Assembly (NCBI GenBank): GCA_023461435.1
Contig: JAEYLC010000010.1
Location: forward strand, 78,669-142,668
Source: Bacillota bacterium
GTDB lineage: Bacteria > Bacillota > Clostridia > Christensenellales > SZUA-584
DNA length: 64,000 bases
Reading direction: 5' to 3'
Part shown: piece after piece, positions 1-6,874 of the stretch
How the letters are laid out: every line of letters starts with the position of its first letter
Position numbering within the stretch: position 1 is the first letter of the stretch
Translations under genes and position numbers: made by a program
The notes under the pieces: generated by a model
Seen by the model: only the letters and a program-made list of their open reading frames with translations
The model's database searches: none
What the model was told of the DNA's origin: nothing

Positions 1-267
1 CAGAAGAGGTATGCTGATACGAGCAAGCCAAAAAGGCGGACAGAGACTGATGGGCCGAGAAGGCAATCAGATACGGGCAGGCCGATTAAACAGTCGGAAG
101 CGGGCAGGCCGGGAAAACGGTCCGACTGGACAACAAAGCCAACTGAAGCGGGTAAGCCGATAAGAAGGCCGGATGCTCTAACGCCGAAAAAGCAGTCGGA
201 TACTGTCCGGCCGAAGAGGCCAAGTGATGCGGGCAGGCCGAAAGGACAGAACAAAGGAAGAAAATGA
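1..267 (+). CDS. 3' end of a CDS truncated by the window edge; basic, repetitive low-complexity C-terminal tail, product unknown
   Basis: Frame 1 is open from nt 1 to TGA at 265-267; it is absent from the ORF track because it has no start in the window. Translation QKRYADTSKPKRRTETDGPRRQSDTGRPIKQSEAGRPGKRSDWTTKPTEAGKPIRRPDALTPKKQSDTVRPKRPSDAGRPKGQNKGRK shows roughly 10-12 aa S/T-D/E-x-G-R/K-P repeats. Hairpins and a terminator follow. Confidence 0.5.
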   Translation, partial: QKRYADTSKPKRRTETDGPRRQSDTGRPIKQSEAGRPGKRSDWTTKPTEAGKPIRRPDALTPKKQSDTVRPKRPSDAGRPKGQNKGRK

Positions 268-392
268 AAAGACGGCGGCATTGGGCTGCTGTCAGCTTGT
301 TAATGCCCCGCTCAGATTACTATTCCAAAGGTATGAACTGGGAGGTGGCATGAAGTGCCCCGAGGGAGTGACCGCGCTCAAAGCCATTTTCT

Positions 393-438
393 CTCCCCCA
401 GTCACCTGCCGGTGACAGCCCCCTCGTCAGAGGGGGCC
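393..438. repeat. REP-like double-hairpin element, copy A
   Basis: ctcccccaGTCACCtgccGGTGACaGCCCCCTCgtcaGAGGGGGCc forms two adjacent perfect hairpins. A near-identical inverted copy lies at 41999-42042. Confidence 0.6.
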
Positions 439-465
439 ACGAAAAGTGGCCTTTTAACGCTCTGG

Positions 466-493
466 ACAGCGGCATTTGCGCCGCTGTTTTTAT
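466..493 (+). terminator. Rho-independent terminator between convergent genes
   Basis: ACAGCGGC-atttgc-GCCGCTGT followed by TTTTT. A second hairpin, GGCCAC-gaaaa-GTGGCC plus TTTT, lies at 435-455. Confidence 0.6.
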
Positions 494-526
494 CATAAAA
501 GCGAGTATTTAAACATTCAAATCCAT

Positions 527-934
527 TCAAGACACAGGTATCGGTTTCTTTGTTGTCACGCCCAAGCGCTCGGGGAGTTCAAAATTCTTTTTGTGCGAGA
601 AATTGAGCAGCCTGACGTTTCCGATATTGTCCACAGCGTATTCAGCTTCATCATACCCGACGGGATCATGCGGCCCCAAATAAGGTTCTATGCCGATCTT
701 GACTGTGTATCCATGGTCATTCTTCTTCAAACTGATTATTTGACTCACATAATAGGTGACGCTCGGGTTATCGGATAAGTATTCGGAATAAAAGTCATCG
801 GATGCTTTCTGAAGCTCGGGCGTCAATAAGGTCAATATAAATTCCCGCTGCCGACTCAGCTGACTGAAAAAAGCCATGCAGGTCACAGCGCATAAAGCGA
901 TAGTAACAATAATAATCATATATTTTTTTTGCAT
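527..934 (-). CDS. Small membrane-anchored/secreted protein, DUF3888-like
   Basis: N-terminal hydrophobic anchor MIIIVTIALCAVTCMAFF. The motif IEPYLGPHDPVGYDE resembles the PY-GPH-VG signature I associate with DUF3888. Unverified. Confidence 0.55.
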   Translation of the reverse strand: MQKKYMIIIVTIALCAVTCMAFFSQLSRQREFILTLLTPELQKASDDFYSEYLSDNPSVTYYVSQIISLKKNDHGYTVKIGIEPYLGPHDPVGYDEAEYAVDNIGNVRLLNFSHKKNFELPERLGVTTKKPIPVS

Positions 935-974
935 GATTATTTGTATGAACCGGCTTATGCTTCATATACCTCCC

Positions 975-1187
975 TCATCGACGAAGGGCGTTGTTCAATA
1001 AATCGACTTTCAAGCCGATGGCTTTCAACTCGTCTTCGCCCTTCGGCGTCAGCACATAAACGGTGCTTTTGCCCTCGTCGAGCCGAATCCACTCATTGTC
1101 GATGAGAAAATCAAACAGCACGGCGCCGAGCTTTCCGCCGAGATGGTCATAGCATCTGCGGCCTGTCAGCCGCTTTTCACGCGTCAT
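975..1187 (-). CDS. 70-aa stand-alone protein resembling the C-terminal (non-HTH) part of ArsR-type regulators
   Basis: RRCYDHLGGKLGAVLFDFL...YVLTPKGEDEL. Its start overlaps the PadR stop by 4 nt (ATGA), indicating translational coupling. Confidence 0.55.
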   Translation of the reverse strand: MTREKRLTGRRCYDHLGGKLGAVLFDFLIDNEWIRLDEGKSTVYVLTPKGEDELKAIGLKVDLLNNALRR

Positions 1188-1720
1188 TTTTCCGCCTCCT
1201 GCCCATTAAACTCATCTTTGAAGCGGTCGATCCACGACAGCAAGGTGCCAAGCACCTCGATCTGCTGATCGAGTATCGTGCGGCCCACGAGCGGAATGTG
1301 GCGCCGGTGCGGCACCATGCTTTCCATATAGGCTTTGCTGTCGTTCATCCCTTTGCGGATGTCGTCGATCAGCCCCAATGCCGTCTCTTTCGGCACCTTG
1401 TTAAGGCCGGAAATCACGGCATTGAAATCGAACAGCACGCTGACAGTGCGCGCCGCCGTCTGCTTCATCAGTGTTAAAAAGTATTCTCTCCCTGCCGGTG
1501 TGATCGAGTAGACCGCTTTTTCAGGCATTTTGCCTTCACGCACAGGCTCGCTTGCAAGACAGCCCTTTTCCTCGAGCCGTATCACATTTTTGTATATGGA
1601 GGGGGAGCTGATCTTGACCCACTTTGAAAGATTTCTGTATTCGACGTTTTTTTGTATGTCGTAGGCGCTGCATGGCTGCTCGAGCACTATGCCGAGAAGA
1701 ATCAAATCAACAGCGGACAT
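1184..1720 (-). CDS. PadR family transcriptional regulator with C-terminal extension
   Basis: LILLGIVLEQPCSAYDIQKNV...SSPSIYKNVIRLEEKGCL...YSITPAGREYF is a typical PadR winged helix. Confidence 0.85.
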   Translation of the reverse strand: MSAVDLILLGIVLEQPCSAYDIQKNVEYRNLSKWVKISSPSIYKNVIRLEEKGCLASEPVREGKMPEKAVYSITPAGREYFLTLMKQTAARTVSVLFDFNAVISGLNKVPKETALGLIDDIRKGMNDSKAYMESMVPHRRHIPLVGRTILDQQIEVLGTLLSWIDRFKDEFNGQEAEK

Positions 1721-1729
1721 GGCTGCGCC

Positions 1730-2041
1730 TCATTCCTCGTCAAAGCTTTGCAGCGCCACCGGCAGCGCCTCGGTGACGATCAGCCCGACGGCGGGGATGC
1801 CGGTAAGCACCGTGCTGATGATCTCTTCGCGTGTGGCCCCCAAGGCTTTTGCGGATTTCACGTGGAAAGGCAGCCCTCCCAGAAGCCGGACGGCGGCCAG
1901 CACCGCGATATAGGCCAGCTCGGCTGTCTTTTTATCGAGCGCGCTGCCCTCTGATGCTTTCATCACCATTTCCATAAAAGCCGGGCCGACAGCGCCGCTT
2001 TCCTTCATAAACGCTTCAAAACTGTTGCTGACATGCTGCAT
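1730..2041 (-). CDS. Carboxymuconolactone decarboxylase (AhpD-like) family protein
   Basis: LDKKTAELAYIAVLAAVRLLGGLPFHVKSAKALGATREEIISTV matches the CMD-domain pattern. An AGGAGG SD lies upstream. Confidence 0.8.
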   Translation of the reverse strand: MQHVSNSFEAFMKESGAVGPAFMEMVMKASEGSALDKKTAELAYIAVLAAVRLLGGLPFHVKSAKALGATREEIISTVLTGIPAVGLIVTEALPVALQSFDEE

Positions 2042-2061
2042 AATGATATCCTCCTTTTAAA

Positions 2062-2098
2062 TATAAAGTATAGTACTATAAAGTATAGTGATTGTCAA
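2062..2098 (-). promoter_or_regulatory. Sigma-A-type promoter with embedded repeat/palindrome (candidate PadR operator)
   Basis: On the minus strand, TTGACA (2093-2098), a 17-nt spacer, then TACTAT (2070-2075). It overlaps the direct repeat TATAAAGTATAGT x2 (2062-2074, 2077-2089) and the perfect palindrome TATAGTACTATA (2069-2080). Confidence 0.45.
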
Positions 2099-2252
2099 TT
2101 GCGGTCTGCTCAATTCTATTTTTCAGTCCTGAAATACAATGCAGAGCTTAAAAATCGTGCGCTTTTTTCACGGGATTTTATTATTTTTCATATTGTGGTA
2201 TAATCGATCTTGATATCATTGAATTGTTATAGACAAAAAAGGAGAAACGTAT

Positions 2253-2942
2253 ATGAAACGTATACTGATCGTTGATGACGAGCCGAGCCTGATCAAGGGA
2301 CTTCGGTTCAATCTCGAACAGCAGGACGGCTACACGGTTGATGAAGCGCTGGACGGTGAACAAGCGCTCGAGATGTTTCCGGCGGGTCAATATGATTTGG
2401 TGCTGCTCGATCTGATGCTTCCCAAGATCGACGGTATGGAGGTATGCCAGCGCATCCGCAGCATGTCCAATGTGCCCATCATTATGCTCACGGCCAAGGA
2501 TGACGACATGGACAAGATCATGGGCCTTGAGTTCGGCGCGGACGACTACATGACAAAACCGTTTAACATGCTTGAGCTTAAAGCGCGCATCAAGACGATA
2601 TTCAGGCGCGTGGAGGGCACCGAAAAAACGCGTGAGCCGCAGGTGCTGCACGCGCGCAACATGACGGTCAATCTCGAAAACAGAAGCGTGGAGATCGACG
2701 GTTCGGATGTGGCGCTGACGGCCAAGGAGTTTGACCTGCTTCAGCTTTTCATCACCAACAAAGGCAAGGTGTACGACAGGGAAAAGCTGCTCGAGCTGAT
2801 CTGGAAGTATGAGTATTTGGGAGATCTTCGCACGGTGGATGTGCACATCCGCCGCCTGCGTGAAAAAATTGAACACAACCCGGCGAAACCCGAGTTTATT
2901 ATGACCAAGTGGGGAGTGGGCTACTATTTCTCGGATAAATAA
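2253..2942 (+). CDS. OmpR/PhoB-family response regulator
   Basis: Receiver domain (ILIVDDE, DLVLLDLMLPKIDG, MLTAKDD) plus winged-helix domain (LTAKEFDLL...RTVDVHIRRLREKI). Confidence 0.95.
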   Translation: MKRILIVDDEPSLIKGLRFNLEQQDGYTVDEALDGEQALEMFPAGQYDLVLLDLMLPKIDGMEVCQRIRSMSNVPIIMLTAKDDDMDKIMGLEFGADDYMTKPFNMLELKARIKTIFRRVEGTEKTREPQVLHARNMTVNLENRSVEIDGSDVALTAKEFDLLQLFITNKGKVYDREKLLELIWKYEYLGDLRTVDVHIRRLREKIEHNPAKPEFIMTKWGVGYYFSDK

Positions 2943-2988
2943 CCTGCTGTATTCCATACGGTGGCGTTTTGTTTTTATCTATCTGATC

Positions 2989-4356
2989 GTGACCGCCGTC
3001 GCTTTTGCGGCGGTCACTTTTGTCATATCCTACCTCGCTGAGGATTACCTCGTGAGCCTTCGCGTGCGCGATCAGCTTAAGAACACGAGCAACGTCGCGG
3101 TCAGCATGGCGCCGTATGTGAGCAGCGCCAACGCGAAAAAGATGTATGACCTCGCGGAGCAGAGCTCCAAGGAGTTTGGCGGGCGTTTTTTGGTGCTCAA
3201 CAAATCGGGCATCGTTCAGATCGACAGCTTCTCGGTGTTCAACGGGCAGCGGCTCGAGCACAAGGAGATATCCGATGTGCTGCTCGGCCCGCTTGATACC
3301 TCATACGGCTTTCACAAGATCGACGACGGGACGGGCGAGCCGTTTTATGCGGTATATTATACCTCGGCCATCGTATCGGAATCCGAGACGATTGGCGCGG
3401 TGTTGTACGCCGCGGATATTCAGGACGTTGTGGATCTGACGCAGGAGTTTGTGAACATCGTCTTTCTGATCGTGGCGGGGGCCAGCCTGCTTGTGCTGGT
3501 CATCAGCGTGGTGTTTTCCGGCTATATCACGCGCCCGATCAACGAGCTCAAATCCGTCGCGCTCTCGATATCGCGAGGCAATCTGCATCAGCGCATTCAG
3601 GTATCGGGGCGCAACGAGATGGCGGCGCTCGCCGATACGTTCAATACGATGAGCGAAAAGCTCGAAAACATGGACAGGAAGCGCAGCGAATTTGTGAGCA
3701 ACGCCTCCCACGAGCTTAAAACGCCGCTCAGTTCAATGAAGATACTCATCGAATCGCTGCTGTATCAGGACGGCGTGGATGAAAAGATATACAAGGAATT
3801 CCTCGGCGATATCAATAACGAGATCGACCGCCTGAGCGATGTAATTTCGGGCCTGCTGACGCTCGCGAAGACGGACAGCGAAACGCAGGCGCTTAAAATT
3901 GAAAAGATACTTTTAAGCGAGCTCGTCAATAAAACGGTGAGCTCATTGCAGCCCATCGCGCATGAAAAGGACGTCACGCTGCTTTATACCGTCAATAACG
4001 ATCTTGAGGTGGACTGCGACGCCGTGAAGGTGATGCAGGCGGTGATGAACCTTATCGACAACGCGATCAAATATTCGGAAAGAGGCGGGCATGTGTGGGT
4101 GTCGCTGCAAAAGAGCGGCGCGAATGCCGCTATCGAGATCAAGGACGACGGCTGCGGCATACCCGAAAGCGACCTGCCGCACCTGTTCGATCGTTTTTAC
4201 CGCGTTGATAAGGCACGAGCCAGAGAGACGGGCGGCAGCGGCCTCGGGTTGTATATTGCGCGGACGATCGCGCTGCTGCACGGCGGCAGCATTGAGGTGC
4301 AGAGCGAGGAAGGGCTGGGCAGCGTGTTCACGCTGTATCTGCCGATCAAGGGATAG
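2989..4356 (+). CDS. Sensor histidine kinase (2 TM, extracytoplasmic loop, HAMP, HisKA, HATPase_c)
   Basis: H-box SNASHELKTPL, N-box LIDNAIKYS, G-boxes IKDDGCGIP and GGSGLGLYIA. The frame is open back to 2905 with no canonical start before GTG 2989, so the exact start is uncertain. Confidence 0.9.
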   Translation: MTAVAFAAVTFVISYLAEDYLVSLRVRDQLKNTSNVAVSMAPYVSSANAKKMYDLAEQSSKEFGGRFLVLNKSGIVQIDSFSVFNGQRLEHKEISDVLLGPLDTSYGFHKIDDGTGEPFYAVYYTSAIVSESETIGAVLYAADIQDVVDLTQEFVNIVFLIVAGASLLVLVISVVFSGYITRPINELKSVALSISRGNLHQRIQVSGRNEMAALADTFNTMSEKLENMDRKRSEFVSNASHELKTPLSSMKILIESLLYQDGVDEKIYKEFLGDINNEIDRLSDVISGLLTLAKTDSETQALKIEKILLSELVNKTVSSLQPIAHEKDVTLLYTVNNDLEVDCDAVKVMQAVMNLIDNAIKYSERGGHVWVSLQKSGANAAIEIKDDGCGIPESDLPHLFDRFYRVDKARARETGGSGLGLYIARTIALLHGGSIEVQSEEGLGSVFTLYLPIKG

Positions 4357-4365
4357 GAGGCAAGT

Positions 4366-5313
4366 ATGCGAAAGAGAAGACTGGCGGCGGCGCTGCTGGC
4401 GTTTGTCATGATATTATCCGGCTGTGCGGCGGCCGGTAACCAAGCGACGGATAAAAATGTCCCCGACATAAATCCCAAAGCGGAATCGGCGAATAAAGAT
4501 ACGTCCAATGTGAGGCTGTATTATTCATATAAGAGTGAGCAGCTGCTCGCGGGTGAAACCCGCTCGATCGATGTGCCGGTCAGCCAGAAACGCGAACAGG
4601 CCGTGATCGAAGCGCTGCTCGCGGGCCCATCCGCAGACCGAAGTGAGCTCACCGGATTGTTCTGGGACGGCGTATCCCTCATCAGCGTGGAGAACAATGA
4701 GGACATACTGTTTGTCACGCTCAGCGAGGAGTTTATCACCACCAATCCGCCCACCACGGCGCTCGACGAATATACCGCGCTCGACCGAAAAATGCTCGCA
4801 ATTTATTCGATTGTTGATACCATCACGGAAATGGGCACATATTCGAGCGTGCAGATCAGCGTGCAGCGCAAGAACGGCAGCCAGGTTATCATGCGCAGCG
4901 AGGCAGGCTTTGGCGGCGAGGATAAGAAGCTTGATCCGCTGACATGGAACGGCGACTTGATACTGACGCCCCAAAAAACGCTGGAAAGAGCGCTCGATGC
5001 GTATTATAAAAAGAACTGGGCGGAGCTTTACAACTATACGGCTTACACAAACATCGACGGCACGGTCAAGCCCGACAGCGAGGATTTTTCTGCCGCGCTG
5101 GGCCAAACCGACTATCAGCTGGATTCGTTTGAACCGAAGGGCGTCAATGTGTCAAGCGACGGACAGTCGGCTGTGGTGATGCTCAATTACAAGATTGAAA
5201 CGCGCAGCGGCGAAATCGAGCGGACGATGATTCCGGTGATCATGGTGAGCGAAGATGAGCTTTGGAAGGTGTCCTATTCGTCGATCGTCAATGTGCTGAT
5301 CAACGTGGGGTGA
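4366..5313 (+). CDS. Lipoprotein with one GerMN-type domain
   Basis: Lipobox ILSGC. GerMN-like pattern VRLYYSY...AVIEALLAGPSADRSELTGLF...ILFVTLSEEF. Confidence 0.75.
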   Translation: MRKRRLAAALLAFVMILSGCAAAGNQATDKNVPDINPKAESANKDTSNVRLYYSYKSEQLLAGETRSIDVPVSQKREQAVIEALLAGPSADRSELTGLFWDGVSLISVENNEDILFVTLSEEFITTNPPTTALDEYTALDRKMLAIYSIVDTITEMGTYSSVQISVQRKNGSQVIMRSEAGFGGEDKKLDPLTWNGDLILTPQKTLERALDAYYKKNWAELYNYTAYTNIDGTVKPDSEDFSAALGQTDYQLDSFEPKGVNVSSDGQSAVVMLNYKIETRSGEIERTMIPVIMVSEDELWKVSYSSIVNVLINVG

Positions 5314-5314
5314 T

Positions 5315-6874
5315 ATGATGAAACGACTGTCTGCTTTCGTACTGGCCGCATGCATGCTGCTAACGGGATGCGGCGTGATACAGGATTCCAGAGGCGTCGG
5401 CCGGGAGGTGCCGGTCAGTACGCTTGATTTGAGTGCGATTGATGAGATGGTCAGCACCAAAAAGGCCGCCGTCTATTTTCTCAATAGCGAAAGCCCAACG
5501 CTGATGGCTGATGTTCGGCTGCTGAACGTCCAGCAGGATAAAAACCCCGCGGAAGCCGCGGTGCAGGCGTTGCTGACGGGGCCGTCCAACGAAAGCATGA
5601 AGGCCGTCGCGCCCGAAGGCACATCGCTTGATTTTATAGAGTTTTCCAACGGCGTGGCCAATATCTATCTCAAATACGGCGGACAGCCGATGGCTGCCGA
5701 TCAAAAATATACGCTGGAGCTTGCGATCGCGAACACCGTTACGGATGTTCTCGGCGCCACCTCGGTCAATGTTTTTTACAACGGGCTGCGCGAGGGTTTT
5801 CAGGGGTATCCGTATGCGCCGCTCAAGAAGCAAACGGTCACGGTGGATGAAGCCTTTGCGAATGCGAAAGCCAAATATGTACCCGCGGACACCGCCGATA
5901 CCGAAAACAACACGGCCGGTTCACCTTCGCCGTCGCCTTTGCCCGACATGATGAACACCGAGTCAGTGCCTGAAGAACCCAAGCCCTATGATATCAATAC
6001 GGTGCTGTACTTCATTTCGGCGAGCGGGGATTACATATTGCCGGAGGTACGACTGATCACGTACATGGTCACCGGCACCGGCGACAATACCGCAAGCTAT
6101 GTATCGGCCATTATCGACGAGCTCAAAAAGGGCCCCAAGAACACCGGCACGATGAAGAGCCCGCTTCTGTCCGGCGCGGCTTTGATCGGGACGCCAGTCG
6201 TCGTCGGCAACGATGATTCGACCGTTGATATCGAGCTTCACTTAAGCTCCATGCCTTCCGATTCGGCGTATACGGGATCCAAGGAAATGCAGCTTTCCTT
6301 CGCGGCGCTCGTTTACAGCATCACCGGCTTTGTGCCGGGCGCGAAGGGCATCCGCTTTTTTGCCGGAAATACGCCGATTCAGGCGATAAGCGGCAGCCAA
6401 AGCGCAAAAAGGAGCAACTTTTACGGCTATGTCGGCTCGAGCGCGCCGCTTTATTTTCAGTACGCGAATTCGGGCCTGCTGCTTGAGGTATCGCGCAGCA
6501 TGGAGCAGGGCAAGATATGGAGCCCGCTGGAGCGCGTGCGCGCGCTGATGCGCGGTCCTCAGACGGGCGACGGCAGCAACGTCACCACAATTCAGTATAC
6601 GGGCATGACGGAGAATGATATTCTTTCCGTTAACGTGGCGGGAGATACGGCCTATGTGAACCTCTCCGAAGCCTTTAAAGAGGCGTGCAACGGGCTTTCC
6701 GCAAAGAACGAAATGCTGCTCGTTTACGCCATTGTCAATACCGTCACGGCAATGGACGGCATCAACAAGGTTCAGTTTCTCGTGGAAGACGAGCAGACAG
6801 AGAGCCTTGCGGGGCATCTTTGCATATCCGATCCGTTTCTGCGCAATTACGGCATCATCAAAAACAACTCTTAG
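5315..6874 (+). CDS. Lipoprotein with three GerMN-type domains (GerM-like)
   Basis: Lipobox LLTGC. Three repeats of the pattern (AVYFLN...AVQALLTGPSNES; VLYFISA...IIDELKKGPKNTG; PLYFQYA...RVRALMRGPQTGD). Confidence 0.75.
   Translation: MMKRLSAFVLAACMLLTGCGVIQDSRGVGREVPVSTLDLSAIDEMVSTKKAAVYFLNSESPTLMADVRLLNVQQDKNPAEAAVQALLTGPSNESMKAVAPEGTSLDFIEFSNGVANIYLKYGGQPMAADQKYTLELAIANTVTDVLGATSVNVFYNGLREGFQGYPYAPLKKQTVTVDEAFANAKAKYVPADTADTENNTAGSPSPSPLPDMMNTESVPEEPKPYDINTVLYFISASGDYILPEVRLITYMVTGTGDNTASYVSAIIDELKKGPKNTGTMKSPLLSGAALIGTPVVVGNDDSTVDIELHLSSMPSDSAYTGSKEMQLSFAALVYSITGFVPGAKGIRFFAGNTPIQAISGSQSAKRSNFYGYVGSSAPLYFQYANSGLLLEVSRSMEQGKIWSPLERVRALMRGPQTGDGSNVTTIQYTGMTENDILSVNVAGDTAYVNLSEAFKEACNGLSAKNEMLLVYAIVNTVTAMDGINKVQFLVEDEQTESLAGHLCISDPFLRNYGIIKNNS

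Noticed and set aside
1-267. CRISPR-like or tandem non-coding repeat array suggested by the roughly 30-36-nt periodicity
   Set aside because: The repeats are imperfect and there is no repeat/spacer alternation. Frame 1 is open throughout and encodes a coherent basic peptide repeat ending at a stop followed by terminators.
224-415. 63-aa ORF after the truncated CDS
   Set aside because: It starts inside the basic-repeat CDS in another frame and runs into the REP-like hairpin element. It has no SD. I consider it an artefact of the repeat.
2181-2957. 258-aa ORF antisense to the response-regulator gene
   Set aside because: The opposite strand encodes an unmistakable OmpR-family regulator. The antisense product is R/H/L-rich with no motifs and no SD. 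This is a typical GC-driven shadow ORF.
6871-6874. 4-nt overlap of the convergent GerMN lipoprotein and asnB stop codons
   Set aside because: This is a simple tail-to-tail overlap of stop codons with no room for a terminator. It is noted but is not evidence of anything unusual by itself.
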